From an uncultured Planctomycetota bacterium (GTDB lineage Bacteria > Planctomycetota > Planctomycetia > Pirellulales > Lacipirellulaceae): a stretch of DNA of 64,000 nucleotides. The notes beneath the pieces are model-generated. The model did not search any database, had not been told where the DNA came from, and saw nothing but the letters and a program-made list of their open reading frames with translations. The stretch covers positions 256,001 through 320,000 of the forward strand of contig CAVRBU010000004.1 of assembly GCA_963719315.1 (NCBI GenBank), given 5' to 3'. Within the stretch, counting starts at the first letter, position 1. Each line of letters starts with the position of its first letter. A program made the position numbers and the translations under genes. Positions 33,437 through 45,177 of this stretch are shown here, piece by piece.

Positions 33437-34921
33437 CTACGCGATAATCTCGCGGATCACGTTGCCGTGCTCCATCTCCAGCCGCTTGCGGCCCGGAACT
33501 TCAAGCCGCCGCGAATCGAGACCGAGCTGTTGCAACACGGTAGCGTGGATATCGGTGACGTAATGACGGTTCTGGACGGCGGAGAAGCCGAGCTCATCCG
33601 TCGCGCCGTGCGCGATGCCTCCCTTGATACCGCCGCCGGCCATCCACACGCTGAAGCCAAAAGGATGGTGATCGCGGCCATCCGATTTTTCCGAGCCGGG
33701 CGACCGCCCGAACTCGGTCGCCCACACGACGAGCGTTTCATCCAACAGGCCGCGCTGTTTGAGATCGCGAATCAAACCCGCGATCGGTTTGTCGACTGCC
33801 GCGCAATTGTTGGCGTGATTGACGCGCAGGTTCGTGTGTGCATCCCAGCCACCGGCGTTGCCGTTGCCGCCATAATAAATTTGCACGAATCGCACGCCGC
33901 GCTCCACCAGCCGCCGCCCAGCCAGACAATGCTTCGCAAACGGCGCAGTCGTTTTGTTGTCCAGGCCGTAGAGCGTTTGCGTGTCGGTCGTTTCCTGTTG
34001 GAATTCGAACACCTCGGGCACTGCCCGCTGCATGCGAAACGCCAACTCGTACGATTTAATGCGGGCAAGCGCTTTGGCGTCGTCCGGATATTCGGCGATC
34101 GCCAGGCGATCGAGCCGCTCGAGCATCGCGAACTCGGCCTTCTGCTCCTCGCGGTAGACACCCTGCAGCGGCTGGCCGTATGCCAGCGGGTTCGCCGGAT
34201 CGGCGACGAGCGGCACGCCATCGTGCTCCGGCCCGAGGTAATTGGCGCGGTGCGCATCCTGGCCGCCGCAACAATCGGCAACGGGATTCCCCAGCACCAC
34301 GAATTGCGGCAGGTTTTCGTTGAGCGTCCCCAGCCCGTAATGCACCCACGAGCCGATCGTGGGGAAAACGCCATCCAGCTTGTTGCGGCCGGTATGAAAC
34401 TGAAGCTGTGCGCCATGATCGATGTCGTTGGTCCACATCGAGCGAACGATCGCCAGGTCATCGACGCAATCGCCGACGTGAGGCCACCAGTCGCTGATTT
34501 CGATGCCACTGTCGCCGCGCTTGCGGTAGCCGACCTGCAGCGGAAAAAGCTGCGCCAGGATCTTCCGCTGGTCCGGTATCGCGGTACGGACGTTGGCATC
34601 GAGAAACTTTTTATCGAGCACCGATTTGAACGGCGTGTCGGCGATCGATTTGCCGGCGTACTTATTAAGCGCCGGCTTCGGATCGAAGCTCTCTAGGTGG
34701 CTCACGCCGCCGATCATGAACAACCAGATAACACTCTTCGCCTTCGGCGCAAAATAGGGCAGCCCGGTGGGCGGCGACCAGCCGGCGGCATCGCTGGCGA
34801 AACCGTCGCGATGGAGCATCGCGCCCAGCGCGAGGCCCGTGAAGCCCATACCCAGGTCGGCCAAGAAAGTCCGCCGGGGCACGCGGCCGCAAGCGCTCGA
34901 CTGCAATTTGTACTTCGCCAT
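33437..34921 (-). CDS. DUF1501 domain protein (Tat signal)
   Basis: [58 protein letters not shown]. Confidence 0.92.
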   Translation of the reverse strand: MAKYKLQSSACGRVPRRTFLADLGMGFTGLALGAMLHRDGFASDAAGWSPPTGLPYFAPKAKSVIWLFMIGGVSHLESFDPKPALNKYAGKSIADTPFKSVLDKKFLDANVRTAIPDQRKILAQLFPLQVGYRKRGDSGIEISDWWPHVGDCVDDLAIVRSMWTNDIDHGAQLQFHTGRNKLDGVFPTIGSWVHYGLGTLNENLPQFVVLGNPVADCCGGQDAHRANYLGPEHDGVPLVADPANPLAYGQPLQGVYREEQKAEFAMLERLDRLAIAEYPDDAKALARIKSYELAFRMQRAVPEVFEFQQETTDTQTLYGLDNKTTAPFAKHCLAGRRLVERGVRFVQIYYGGNGNAGGWDAHTNLRVNHANNCAAVDKPIAGLIRDLKQRGLLDETLVVWATEFGRSPGSEKSDGRDHHPFGFSVWMAGGGIKGGIAHGATDELGFSAVQNRHYVTDIHATVLQQLGLDSRRLEVPGRKRLEMEHGNVIREIIA

Positions 34922-34932
34922 GTGGTACGTTC

Positions 34933-37797
34933 CTACCGGATCGTGATGAAATCGTTGTGATTGTACAGCACCAACGTGAGATTCTCGCGAGCACGTTGCA
35001 CCGGGTCGGCCGAAGGCGGTACCGTGGCTTTCGCTCCGCCGGCGAACGAGGTCAGTTTGCCCGGATCTCGCAATAGCTCGGCCTGCGACTTCAGAAACTG
35101 CAGGCACTCGCTTAACTCCGCCTCTGATGGATCGCGACCCAGAATCTGCTCGTAGGCCATTCGCACGAACGATTCGTGCGGCCGCGTGTTATTACTCGCG
35201 ACCTCGCTGAGCTTCTTTGCCAACAAGCGCGATTCGTTGACCGACACGTCGCTGTTGGCGAGCGCCAGCGCTTGTTGAGGGACGATGCTCTCGCTGCGCC
35301 GATAGCACTCGTTGACGCTCGCGCTATCGAACAATTCCAGGAGTTGGTTTTCTTTCTCGTACGCATGCTGGAAGTAAATGCTGCGGCGCGGCGTTTCGGA
35401 CGCCAATTTGAATGCGATATCGGGGCCACCGCGCGTGAGGTCCAGATTGCCGGCCGTGAAGAACACGGCGTCGCGCACGAGCTCAGATTCCATCCGCCGC
35501 GTGTTCATCCGCCACAAATAGTGGTTGTCGCGATCGACCTCGAGGTTCTTAGCGTTCGCACTTTCGGAATTAGACGACAACCGGTACGCGCTGGAAGTAA
35601 CGATCAGCCGGTGGATGTGCTTCATTTGCCAGCCGTGGTCCATAAGTTCGACCGCCAGCCAATCGAGCAACGGCTGATTGCGCGGTTGCGGGCTGCGCAA
35701 GCCAAAGTCGAACATGTTGTCCACCAGCGGCGCGCCGAAGTGCCGCAGCCAGATGTGGTTGATAGCCACGCGCGCTGCCAACGGATTCTTGCGATCCGTT
35801 AGCCATTTGGCGAACGCCAGCCGGCGACCCGTGCTTTGATGCGGCAACACCTCGCCCAGCGGCTGATACTTTGCGCTCGGCTCGGCCAGCGCGGCATGCG
35901 CGGCGGTGAGGGCTGCAGCAGCGTCGGCAACTTTCTTCTCTGCGGCTGCAATGGTAGCGGCTTGCGCCGCATCTCTGGGTTGTTTCACCGCTTGGGCCGT
36001 TGCTAACTCCTGCCGTGCAGCCGTTTGCCGCACCTGCGCCTCACATAGCGCAAAATCGCGTTCAGCCTTTCCCGCGGCGGACGCGAGCAGTTCTTTGTCG
36101 GCGTCAGTCGTCAAACCGTATTTGGCCTTTTCCGCAGCGATGCGCGCCGATAACGATTCCTGTGCGGCCCGTGCAGCGGCGAGTTGCCGAGTCGCGAGCT
36201 CCGCAGCGGCGACGGCCGCATTCAACGACAGAGGCAAATCCGGTTTCGCGGCAACCTTGACTTGCGACGCAGTCTTTTCCTTGGCTTTTTTCAATTTGGC
36301 CGGTGCAGCTTCAACGGGATTCGCCGGTGCTGCGTTTACCCCAGTTGTACCATCGCCCTCCGTTTTCGCTTGCGCGACAACAGGCCCGGCCGAGGCAGAT
36401 ACTTCTGGCTTCTTTTGTGCCGCAGCCACCGCAACCTGTGCCTTGGCAAGCGCGCCCTCCGCGCTCGCCACTCGGTCGGCAGCTTGAGCCAGGTCTTCAT
36501 TCAACGCGAACTCCTGTAGCGCTGGATAATACGCGACCACAGGCAGATTGATCGGCGCCACATTCAACGGCAAACCGAACGACTCCGGCACGCCCGGAGT
36601 TATCACCTCGTCCTTTTTTGGACGCTTTTCGTCGCCGCGCTCGTAAAGATGCGTCGGCGCGTCTGGCTTCAAATCACAAATTCGCTGCAAACCGTCTTTG
36701 TCAATGTCGGGTTGGCCCGGCACGCGCTCAGTTCGCACATCGTGCGATTCGAAGATGGCTCGAAATCGGTAATACTCGACCTGGCTAATCGGATCGAATT
36801 TGTGATCGTGGCAGCGACAACAATTCATCGTCGCTCCCAGAAATGCCTTGGCCGTGTGCTCGACAGTATTCTGCAGCCACACGTCGCGACTGAATTTGTA
36901 CCAGTTGCGAACGAGAAAGCCCGTCGCGCGGAGCGTATCCGGATCCGTCGGCGCAGCTTCATCGCCCGCCAACATCTCGATCGCCATCCGATCGTAACCC
37001 TTGTCGGCATTCAGCGACTCGACGATCCAATCGCGCCACCGCCAGATATACCGAGCGCTGTCGCGAATTTCCTCTTTGTAGCCCGACCAGTCGCTGTAAC
37101 GCCATACGTCCATCCAGTGGCGCGCCCAACGCTCGCCGTATTGTGGACTGGCGAGTAAGCGATCGACGACCGACTCGTAGGCGCCGGGCGAGTCGTTCGC
37201 CAAAAACGCGGCCAGTTCTTCGCGCGTCGGCGGCAATCCGACTAAATCCAGGTACACGCGCCGCAGCAGCGTGGCTTTGTCGGCCTCTGCCACCGGCGTC
37301 AATTCGCGCGATTCCTGAGCTTCGGCAACGAACGCATCGATCGGGTTGCGAACCCAAGCGACTTTGCGAACGAGCGGCACCTCGGGTTGCACTGGTGGAT
37401 GATACGACCAGTGATCGCGCGGATCGGGCTGGGGCGTTTCCGTCGGCGCGTGGGCGCCCTCGTCGATCCACTTCTTGATCAGGGTGATTTGATCGGCAGT
37501 GAGCGCGGCTCCTTCGTTTTCCGGCGGCATCCGCGAACCCGACGCGCCCGTGAGCATATCGATGAGATAGCTCTCGCCCGATTTGCCAGGTTGCACCGCC
37601 GGTCCCGAATCGCCTCCTTGGACGAGCGCCGCCGCCGTATCCAGCCGCAGGCCCGATTTCTTACGCAACGCGCTATGACAGGCATAGCACCGCGCCACAA
37701 GTATCGGTTTGATCTGCTTGACGTAATCAACGTCCTCGCCGGCCGAGAGCCGCGGCACGAGCGCACCACACGCAATGAGGACGAGGAGCCGTCTCAC
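34933..37797 (-). CDS. Planctomycete cytochrome c + DUF1549/DUF1553 (PSD1) protein
   Basis: [54 protein letters not shown]. Start taken as GTG 37797 before the signal peptide. Confidence 0.9.
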   Translation of the reverse strand: MRRLLVLIACGALVPRLSAGEDVDYVKQIKPILVARCYACHSALRKKSGLRLDTAAALVQGGDSGPAVQPGKSGESYLIDMLTGASGSRMPPENEGAALTADQITLIKKWIDEGAHAPTETPQPDPRDHWSYHPPVQPEVPLVRKVAWVRNPIDAFVAEAQESRELTPVAEADKATLLRRVYLDLVGLPPTREELAAFLANDSPGAYESVVDRLLASPQYGERWARHWMDVWRYSDWSGYKEEIRDSARYIWRWRDWIVESLNADKGYDRMAIEMLAGDEAAPTDPDTLRATGFLVRNWYKFSRDVWLQNTVEHTAKAFLGATMNCCRCHDHKFDPISQVEYYRFRAIFESHDVRTERVPGQPDIDKDGLQRICDLKPDAPTHLYERGDEKRPKKDEVITPGVPESFGLPLNVAPINLPVVAYYPALQEFALNEDLAQAADRVASAEGALAKAQVAVAAAQKKPEVSASAGPVVAQAKTEGDGTTGVNAAPANPVEAAPAKLKKAKEKTASQVKVAAKPDLPLSLNAAVAAAELATRQLAAARAAQESLSARIAAEKAKYGLTTDADKELLASAAGKAERDFALCEAQVRQTAARQELATAQAVKQPRDAAQAATIAAAEKKVADAAAALTAAHAALAEPSAKYQPLGEVLPHQSTGRRLAFAKWLTDRKNPLAARVAINHIWLRHFGAPLVDNMFDFGLRSPQPRNQPLLDWLAVELMDHGWQMKHIHRLIVTSSAYRLSSNSESANAKNLEVDRDNHYLWRMNTRRMESELVRDAVFFTAGNLDLTRGGPDIAFKLASETPRRSIYFQHAYEKENQLLELFDSASVNECYRRSESIVPQQALALANSDVSVNESRLLAKKLSEVASNNTRPHESFVRMAYEQILGRDPSEAELSECLQFLKSQAELLRDPGKLTSFAGGAKATVPPSADPVQRARENLTLVLYNHNDFITIR

Positions 37798-37841
37798 GCT
37801 ATGCCTGGAGGTGGGGGTTCGGGAGGGAAGGATAGCTAAAA

Positions 37842-37883
37842 TGGAGCCGAAGGGACTCGAACCCTCGACATCTGGTTTGCGAA
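37842..37883 (-). repeat. tRNA-Ala(CGC) 3' fragment, putative att site
   Basis: TTCGCAA-ACCAG-ATGTC-GAGGG-TTCGAGT-CCCTT-CGGCTCC-A. U70/A73 are Ala determinants. No D-arm or 5' acceptor strand. 34 bp identical to 56365-56398. Confidence 0.85.
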
Positions 37884-38075
37884 GCCGAACAAAAAACCAC
37901 GGAATAGAAGGACTTTCAGTGTTTTCCCCGATGGTCAATGCATTGTAGGCCGTGCTCATAGGCGTTGCAATTCGTCACACTGAATTGCACTGAATTGCGG
38001 AAGTTGCTTCGATTGCCCGATCATAAGATGGAAGATTCCGTTTTGGCGCATCAACAATCTACCCGCCGCGAATCG

Positions 38076-39371
38076 CTAGAATTCCCGCTGCGGAGCGGCG
38101 GGTTGTTGCGATTCGGTGTCTTCGTCGCTCAAAACGATTCGTTTACCCCGTTTGTGCGTGAGCAGGTTCCAGAACCAATCCACAAACACGGCGCTCTTCT
38201 CTTCGGCGCCACTGAGCAAGGTCAAATGCACGCCCAGCCAGGCCAGCCAAGCCGTACGGCCGGTTAGCGTGCCACCGTTGGGCAATTCGACCACGGCGGC
38301 GCCGCGGCCAAGTTGTGCCATGGTTCCCTTATCGAAATATTCGAATGGCATGCACGTTTTGCCGGCCACCAGTTGGGCAATCGTTTTTCCAACGTGATGA
38401 CCGGCTTGAAGCGCAACGGCGCCGAGACCCGGCAGCGGCTTTCCCGTTTTGGCGTCTGACATAGCAGCGATGTCGCCGATCGCGAAGACGCCGGGATGGT
38501 CTTTCACTTGCAGATCGGGTCCGATCGGTACGCGGCTGCCCGGCGCGAGCTCGATGCCTAACGACTCGGCAACGGGATTGGCGTGCAAGCCGGCCGCCCA
38601 CACGACCGTTTGAGTTTTTACTCGGTCGCCGCTGGCCAACGTGATGTCGCTGGGTCCGACTTCTTTAACGTCAGCACTCGTGTGCACTTCGACGCCGCGC
38701 TCTTCGAGCGCTTGCTGCGCGTAATCGCGCAGTTTCGGCGCGAACGGCGCCAGTAGATGCGGTGAGTGTTCGTAGAGAATGATTCGCGCCTTGTCGATCG
38801 GAAGGTTCGGATAGTCTTTCGCTAGTTCAGCGTGCAGCAGCTCGGACATTGCGCCGGCAAGCTCCGTGCCGGTCGGGCCGCCGCCTACGATGCAGAATGT
38901 GAGTGCTCCGTCGTCCACAATCGCTGGATTCTTATCGACGGCATCAAACATTCTGGGGATGTGATCGTGCAGCCGAATCGCGTCGCTCATCGTGTAGAGG
39001 GGGAACGAATGCTCGGCGGCCCCCGGTGTGTCGTGAAAATTAACGACCGCTCCCAGCGCCAGCACAAGATAGTCGTATGCCAACGGCGCCATGCCGTCGG
39101 CTATGACTTGCTTGTTCGCCAAATCGATACGGCGGACCGCGCACACGTGAAACGCCATATTCTTGTGGCGGTGCAAGAGTTCGCGAATCGGGTAGCCGAC
39201 CTCCGCCGGCGCGAGCTCGTCGGTGGCTACTTGATAGAGCAGCGGCTGAAACGTGTGGTAGTCGTGCTGGTCGATGATCGTGATGCGCACCGGCGCGTCG
39301 CGCAATTTCTGTGCCGCTCCGATACCGCCGAAGCCGGCTCCCAAAATCACAACATGCGGCAGATCGGCCAC
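38076..39371 (-). CDS. ndh: Type II NADH dehydrogenase-like flavoprotein
   Basis: GAGFGG, FQPLLYQVAT, GGGPTGTELAG, FAIGD, YFDKGTMA. Confidence 0.88.
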   Translation of the reverse strand: MADLPHVVILGAGFGGIGAAQKLRDAPVRITIIDQHDYHTFQPLLYQVATDELAPAEVGYPIRELLHRHKNMAFHVCAVRRIDLANKQVIADGMAPLAYDYLVLALGAVVNFHDTPGAAEHSFPLYTMSDAIRLHDHIPRMFDAVDKNPAIVDDGALTFCIVGGGPTGTELAGAMSELLHAELAKDYPNLPIDKARIILYEHSPHLLAPFAPKLRDYAQQALEERGVEVHTSADVKEVGPSDITLASGDRVKTQTVVWAAGLHANPVAESLGIELAPGSRVPIGPDLQVKDHPGVFAIGDIAAMSDAKTGKPLPGLGAVALQAGHHVGKTIAQLVAGKTCMPFEYFDKGTMAQLGRGAAVVELPNGGTLTGRTAWLAWLGVHLTLLSGAEEKSAVFVDWFWNLLTHKRGKRIVLSDEDTESQQPAAPQREF

Positions 39372-39404
39372 GACGGTCTCCTCGATCGCTTTGAAAAAAG
39401 GTTG

Positions 39405-40172
39405 TTAGAGCCCGGGGCTGCTTTGCATGATGCCGCCGTCGGCGAAGATGGTGGTTGCCGTGATGTAGCTGGCGCCGTCGCCCGCCAGGAAGGCCACGAC
39501 GCTGGCAATCTCCTCTGGTTTGGCCATCCGACCTAGCGGAATCGCGGCATCGAGTTTTTTCAACAGTGCCGGGTCGTTCATCGTCGCAAGGTTAATGGGC
39601 GTCGCCACCGCGCCCGGGCCGACGCCGACGACGCAGATGTTGTGTGGCGCGAGCTCGACGCCCGCGGTGCGGGTGAGCATCCGAATTCCGCCCTTCGACA
39701 GGCAATATGGAGTGTTGTTCGGCATGGGCCAATCTTCGTGGACCGACGTGATATTGATGATTCGGCCGCCACCGCCTTGGGCGATCATTTGTTTGGCGGC
39801 GAGTTGCGTGCCAAAAAACGCGCTCTTGAGATTGATTTCGAGCACCTTTTCGTACTGGGCCTCGGTCGTTTCGAGCACCGAGGTACGCGTTTCGATGCCG
39901 GCGTTGTTGACCATGATGTCGACCCGGCCGAATCGCTTTACGGCGGTCGCCACGAGCTTTTCCAGGTCGGCCACTTTACTTACATCGGCATCGATGCCGA
40001 TTGCTTTGTCGCCGAGCGCCGCTACCTGTTTCTCCAGAGCCTCAGTGGCGTCCGGATGCGAGACGTAGTCGATGACGATGTTCGCGCCCTGCCGGGCCAG
40101 TTCCAACACAATCGCCATTCCGATGCCGCTGTTGCCGCCGGTGACGATAGCGACTTTGCCGTTCAAGCTCAT
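39405..40172 (-). CDS. SDR-family oxidoreductase, glucose 1-dehydrogenase-like
   Basis: TGGNSGIG, NNAG, TSVHE, YCLSK, PGAVATPIN. Confidence 0.88.
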   Translation of the reverse strand: MSLNGKVAIVTGGNSGIGMAIVLELARQGANIVIDYVSHPDATEALEKQVAALGDKAIGIDADVSKVADLEKLVATAVKRFGRVDIMVNNAGIETRTSVLETTEAQYEKVLEINLKSAFFGTQLAAKQMIAQGGGGRIINITSVHEDWPMPNNTPYCLSKGGIRMLTRTAGVELAPHNICVVGVGPGAVATPINLATMNDPALLKKLDAAIPLGRMAKPEEIASVVAFLAGDGASYITATTIFADGGIMQSSPGL

Positions 40173-40318
40173 GGAAATACTCCTCAGAGATCGCCTAGGT
40201 AATTGAACCGCCAAGAACGCGGAGAACGCCAAGATGATACACTGCCGTGTCCAGCATTACTTGGCGCGCTAAGTTCTTGGCGGTTCAAGTTCTATTGTAT
40301 CGAATTCGCATGGAATGA

Positions 40319-41866
40319 TCACAATCGTTCCAGTAAATGGTCGCCGACACGAAGCGCGTTGGCCATCGCCGTGAGGGCCGGATTCACTGCGCCGATGCTG
40401 GGGAAAAAGCTGGTATCGACTATGTACAAGTTGTCGAGTTCGTGAGCCTTGCAGTTTTCATCGAGAACGGAGGTTTTCGGATCGCGGCCGAAACGACAGG
40501 TGCCGGCCTGATGGGCCACGCCGCCGATGTCGATCTCGTTCTTCATGTACAGATTTCGCGGAATCAAGTGGTCGTGCAGATCGAGGTGGTTGAGCATAGA
40601 CTTTAGTTTGTCGTACAGCGTTTTCGCGGAGACTTGATTGCTCCGGGTGTAACTCAAGGTGATGTTGCCCTCGCCGTCGACCGTAATGCGGTTATTGGGA
40701 CGTGGCAGATCCTCGGTCGAGAGCCAGAAATCGACGGCGTGTCGGGCGACCATTTCGAGCGACCACTGTGGGGCGAGCGCCGTTTCGATGGGTTTTTCGC
40801 CGCGGAACATCGGCGCCTGCGACTTGCCGATCATCTGGATGTTGCCCATCGGGTAGTCGTAGCCTTCCATGCCGAAATAAAAATCATTGAGCCCGAGCGT
40901 CTTCTGGTATTGCGTGGGATTCGGCTCTTTCGATAACGCGAGCACGGCCTGGCTGTTGTGAAACATGTAGTTGCGGCCGACTTGATCGGAGCCATTGGCC
41001 ACGCCGCGCGGATGTTTTTCGCTGGCCGACATGAGCAACAGTTTGGCGGAGTTCGCGGCTCCGCAGGATACCACGACAACTCCCGCCGTGTACGTCTCCT
41101 GCTGGCCGTCGTGTTCGACGACGACTTTTGTGACTGCCGTGCCAGCCAGGTTTGTTTCCAGTTTCAGCGCCTTGGCATTTGTAAGCAGCGTCACGTTCGG
41201 ATGCTCGATTGCTGGCCGCACGGCGAGCACCTCGGCATCGCTTTTGGCATGCACCAGGCAGGGATGTCCGTCGCAATCGATGCAGCGAACGCAGCGGCTG
41301 AACGGCATCCGCGATTCGTCCAGCATGATGCCGCACGGCGAATGAAATGGTCGGTAGCCGGCGCGGGTGAGGTCTTCCGCCAGTTTGGCGATGCGCGGTT
41401 CGTGCGAAACGGGCGGGTGAGGGTACGGCGCGCTTGCCGGCGGCTCGGTTGGATCTTCGCCACGTGCGCCGTGTACGTGATACATCTGCTCTGCTTTGGT
41501 GTAGTACGGCTCCATCTCGCTGTAGCTGATGGGCCAAGCGGGTGATAGGCCGTCTTGGTGATGCAATTCGCCAAAGTCCTTTTCGCGAAGTCGGTAGAGC
41601 GCGGCGCCGTACATTTTCGTTGCGCCGCCCACGTAATAATGCACGCCGGGCTGGAACGGCTTGCCGTTCTTATCGTGCCAGATGTCGGGCGACACGTAGC
41701 GATTCTGGACGAATACTTCGTCGCAATTCCAATTCTCCGGCTCGCGCTTAAGCCAGCCGCCGCGCTCCAGGATCAAGACTCGTTTACCTGAGGGCGCGAG
41801 GTGGCAAGCCAACGTGCCGCCGCCGGCGCCGCTGCCGATGATGATTACATCGTAAGCATTGTCCAC
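40319..41866 (-). CDS. GMC-family oxidoreductase
   Basis: IIGSGAGGG, VGGATKMYGA, VGRNYMFH, HQAGTCRFG, NPALT; Cys cluster CVRCIDCDGHPC. Confidence 0.92.
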   Translation of the reverse strand: MDNAYDVIIIGSGAGGGTLACHLAPSGKRVLILERGGWLKREPENWNCDEVFVQNRYVSPDIWHDKNGKPFQPGVHYYVGGATKMYGAALYRLREKDFGELHHQDGLSPAWPISYSEMEPYYTKAEQMYHVHGARGEDPTEPPASAPYPHPPVSHEPRIAKLAEDLTRAGYRPFHSPCGIMLDESRMPFSRCVRCIDCDGHPCLVHAKSDAEVLAVRPAIEHPNVTLLTNAKALKLETNLAGTAVTKVVVEHDGQQETYTAGVVVVSCGAANSAKLLLMSASEKHPRGVANGSDQVGRNYMFHNSQAVLALSKEPNPTQYQKTLGLNDFYFGMEGYDYPMGNIQMIGKSQAPMFRGEKPIETALAPQWSLEMVARHAVDFWLSTEDLPRPNNRITVDGEGNITLSYTRSNQVSAKTLYDKLKSMLNHLDLHDHLIPRNLYMKNEIDIGGVAHQAGTCRFGRDPKTSVLDENCKAHELDNLYIVDTSFFPSIGAVNPALTAMANALRVGDHLLERL

Positions 41867-41887
41867 GGTATCGCTCCTCTTCGCGGA

Positions 41888-43960
41888 CTAATCCGGGCAA
41901 CTAACCAACACAACCGATGATCGCGCCTGACAAGTGTATTGCCGCTGACCACCGGCCAGCAGCGCCGGCGGATCGCAAAAATCTTCGGGGGACTCGACGG
42001 CTGTGTCGATCAGCCGCCGCCAGGCTTGCCCCGTCACCGTCGCTGGCAGCTCAAACTCCAATGGTTCCCAGTAAGCATTGAGCAGCACGTGCAGATACTC
42101 CGGGCCGTCTGCATGGAACAACTCAAAGGCCAGCGAATGAGAGTTTTCGCCCCACTCTGGCTCGTTGAGCCGTACGCCATGCCATGTGATTTTAGTGGCT
42201 CCCGGCTGGCTCCAAAATGTGCGATCGCGAAAAACGCCCGATTTTTGGTGAAAATGAATCAGCGAGCGGACGAAATGTCGGATGTCTGCGTGCCGAGATA
42301 CATCATCCCAATCGAACCAGGAGATTTCGTTATTTTGGCAATAGGCGTTGTTGTTGCCGCGCTGCGTGCGTCGCACCTCGTCGCCCATGAGCAGCATTGG
42401 CCGTCCTTCGGACATCAGCAGAATCGTAAAGAAGTTTTTTATTTGCTGGCGACGCAGGGCTTCGATCGCGGGGTCGTCCGTCGGTCCTTCGAAGCCGCAG
42501 TTCCAACTGTCGTTGTCGTTCGTACCGTCGCGGTTGCTTTCGCCGTTGGCCTCGTTGTGCTTGTTGTTGTAGGCGACCAGATCGTTGAGCGTGAATCCGT
42601 CGTGGGCGGTAATGAAATTGACACTGCGGCTCGGGAGGCGGCCAGGCTGCTGAAACAAGTTCGCACTGGCTACCAGATTATCGCCGAGTGGGCCGACGGA
42701 GCCCGTGTTGCTCCGCACAAACTGCCGCACATGGTCTCGATATTGGCCATTCCACACGGCCCAGCGATCGCCGCCAAAATTCGCGAGTTGGTACAGCCCG
42801 GCCGCGTCCCAGGCTTCGGCGATGATCTTCGTCCCAGCCAGCACGGGATCGGTTTCGATGTCGAGTAAAATCGGCGGGTGAGCGAGCGGCTGACCGTCCT
42901 CGCCGCGCGATAGGCTCGCCGCCAGGTCGAAGCGGAAACCATCGACGTGCATTTGCTCGACCCAATAGCGCAGGCAATCGAGGATCATTCGCCGCACGAA
43001 CGGCTCGTTGCCATTGATCGTATTGCCGCAACCAGTGTCGTCGATATACTTCGCCTTGTCCGTCGGATTGAGAATATAATACGTCGGATTGTCGAATCCG
43101 CGGAGCGATAAGGTGGGCCCGGTCTCGTCGCCTTCGGCCGTGTGGTTAAATACCACATCGAGAATCACTTCGATGCCTGCCCGGTGAAGCGCCTTTACCA
43201 TATCGCGAAATTCGTGTACCAGGCCCAGTATGTCGGTGCGAGAACTGTACGCACGATGCGGCGCGAACCAGGCCACCGGCTGGTAGCCCCAGTAGTTCGT
43301 GCCGGTGGGCGAGGCCTGAGCATCGAACTGCTGCACCGGCATAAGCTCCACGGTCTTTATGCCGAGATCGACGAGGTACGGAATCTTGTCGATGAGTCCG
43401 GCGTAGGTTCCGCGTTTGGCAGGATCGACGCCCGAATTGGGATTCCTCGTGAATCCGGCGACGTGCAATTCGTAGATGACCGCGTCGAAGAACGGCCGAA
43501 CGATCGTTGTGTCGCCTTCCCAATCGTATTGCGACGGATCGACGACCACACTTTTCAAGGCAGCGGCCATGTTGTCGCCAGGCGCCGATGCTTTCGACCG
43601 CTGATAATTCTCGGTATTCGCGACAGCCAGCGCGTGTGGATCCAGGAGCAGCTTCTGCGGATCGAATCGCAGTTCGGCTGCGGGTTGGTTCGGTCCAGAA
43701 ACGCGATAGCCGTACAACTGGCCCGCCTCTACACCGGGGAGCAAAACGTGCCAGAAGTCATAAGTGCGGTTCTGCTGCGGATCAAGGGTAATGGTTTGCG
43801 AAGGTCGCGCATCGGCTGCTGAATCGAACAGCAACAGCTCGACCGCGGCAGCGTGCTTTGCGTACACGCAGAAGTTCGTGCCGCCATCGCACACGGTTGC
43901 GCCGATCGGATACGAACGGCCGGCGGCGGTGTTAAGCCTGAGGTTGGGATTGGCGATCAT
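41888..43960 (-). CDS. glgX: Glycogen debranching enzyme (GH13 isoamylase)
   Basis: NYWGY, DVVFNHT, DGFRFDLA, IAEAWD, NFITAHDGFTL, GNNNAYCQ. Confidence 0.95.
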   Translation of the reverse strand: MIANPNLRLNTAAGRSYPIGATVCDGGTNFCVYAKHAAAVELLLFDSAADARPSQTITLDPQQNRTYDFWHVLLPGVEAGQLYGYRVSGPNQPAAELRFDPQKLLLDPHALAVANTENYQRSKASAPGDNMAAALKSVVVDPSQYDWEGDTTIVRPFFDAVIYELHVAGFTRNPNSGVDPAKRGTYAGLIDKIPYLVDLGIKTVELMPVQQFDAQASPTGTNYWGYQPVAWFAPHRAYSSRTDILGLVHEFRDMVKALHRAGIEVILDVVFNHTAEGDETGPTLSLRGFDNPTYYILNPTDKAKYIDDTGCGNTINGNEPFVRRMILDCLRYWVEQMHVDGFRFDLAASLSRGEDGQPLAHPPILLDIETDPVLAGTKIIAEAWDAAGLYQLANFGGDRWAVWNGQYRDHVRQFVRSNTGSVGPLGDNLVASANLFQQPGRLPSRSVNFITAHDGFTLNDLVAYNNKHNEANGESNRDGTNDNDSWNCGFEGPTDDPAIEALRRQQIKNFFTILLMSEGRPMLLMGDEVRRTQRGNNNAYCQNNEISWFDWDDVSRHADIRHFVRSLIHFHQKSGVFRDRTFWSQPGATKITWHGVRLNEPEWGENSHSLAFELFHADGPEYLHVLLNAYWEPLEFELPATVTGQAWRRLIDTAVESPEDFCDPPALLAGGQRQYTCQARSSVVLVSCPD

Positions 43961-44054
43961 GATGTGAATTCATCCTGCCTTTTGCGCTCGTCGCGGACAT
44001 TTTATGCGAAATGCGACGTGCGCGCTGAAGTTTTTTCCATTTGACACGTGCTGG

Positions 44055-44083
44055 GTGGCAACGACGATTTCAAGTGTTATACT
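44055..44083 (+). promoter_or_regulatory. Putative sigma70 promoter of the oxidase operon
   Basis: GTGGCA-17 nt-TATACT with extended -10 TG (44075-44076), upstream of the GGAG RBS and GTG 44128. A TTGACA also lies at 44041. Confidence 0.5.
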
Positions 44084-44127
44084 ATCGCACGACATCCGTT
44101 CAGCGAGCACAAATATGGAGACGCAAC

Positions 44128-45153
44128 GTGGATTGCGTGGGACCAAGGATACTGACGGCAGGTGATAACGTGCTGGCCCAAAGTCTTTCGATCTTTCATC
44201 CCGCTTCGCCGAATGCCTCTTCGATCGTCAATCTGGCGATTCTCACGCTAGCCATTGCGGGATTGATATTTCTCATCGTGGAAGGCGTGCTGTTCTACGC
44301 GATGTGGCGATTTCGACAGTCGCCTGGGCAGCAAGAGAGCGAGCCGCCGCAAGTTTATGGCAGCATGCCGATCGAAGTGGCTTGGACCGCCGCGCCCACG
44401 ATGATCGTGTTCTTTCTGGTGTTGGTCACCGCGCGGACGCTGTGGGACGTTGAGCCCAACGTGCCCAAGCCGGCGGACGGAGATAACACACTGTTCGTCA
44501 CGGTGATTGGCCACCAATGGTGGTGGGAATACGTTTATGAAAACTACAACGGCCGCACGCTGGGCATCATCACGCCCAACGAGCTTCATATCCCGGCAAG
44601 CGAGGGCGATACGCGCCGGCCAACCTATTTGACGCTGAAATCGGCCGACGTTTGCCACAGCTTTTGGGTGCCGCGGCTCGCCGGCAAGGTCGACCTGATC
44701 CCGGGTCGCGCCAATTCGCTCGTGCTCGACACCGAGGAAACCGGCGTGCATCTCGGCCAGTGCGCCGAGTTCTGCGGCGCACAACATGCAAACATGCGGA
44801 TACGTGTTTACGTGCATTCGCCGGACGAATTCGAGCAATGGTTGGCGCACGAATCGCAACCGGCGAAGGACGATCCCGCCGCGAGCGAAGGCAAAGCGAC
44901 GTTTCTGGCCGAGTCGTGCATCAATTGTCATCGCGTCCGCGGCACGATCGCCCGCGGCAGCTACGCGCCCGACCTGACGCACCTGATGAGCCGCGATACG
45001 CTGGCCGCAGGCGCCGTCGAAAACACACCCGAAAACTTGCACGATTGGGTCAAGAATCCGCAGAACGTCAAACCTGGCTGCCTGATGCCAGCCTTTGGTC
45101 TTGAAACGCAGCGGCTCGATTTAGTCGTAAAGTATTTGTCGACACTGCACTGA
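44128..45153 (+). CDS. coxB: Cytochrome c oxidase subunit II with fused cytochrome c (caa3 type)
   Basis: IEVAWT, GHQWWW, DVCHSFWVP, CAEFCGAQHANM CuA site, CINCH heme motif. Confidence 0.95.
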   Translation: MDCVGPRILTAGDNVLAQSLSIFHPASPNASSIVNLAILTLAIAGLIFLIVEGVLFYAMWRFRQSPGQQESEPPQVYGSMPIEVAWTAAPTMIVFFLVLVTARTLWDVEPNVPKPADGDNTLFVTVIGHQWWWEYVYENYNGRTLGIITPNELHIPASEGDTRRPTYLTLKSADVCHSFWVPRLAGKVDLIPGRANSLVLDTEETGVHLGQCAEFCGAQHANMRIRVYVHSPDEFEQWLAHESQPAKDDPAASEGKATFLAESCINCHRVRGTIARGSYAPDLTHLMSRDTLAAGAVENTPENLHDWVKNPQNVKPGCLMPAFGLETQRLDLVVKYLSTLH

Positions 45154-45177
45154 TCGTATTTCAGTACTATGCGGAGG

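Noticed and set aside
37842..37920. Complete tRNA genes at 37.85 kb and 56.37 kb
   Set aside because: No D-arm, 5' acceptor strand or 5' anticodon stem at either site.
37798..37959. N-terminal extension of the DUF1553 ORF
   Set aside because: It reads through the tRNA fragment; the signal peptide starts at GTG 37797.
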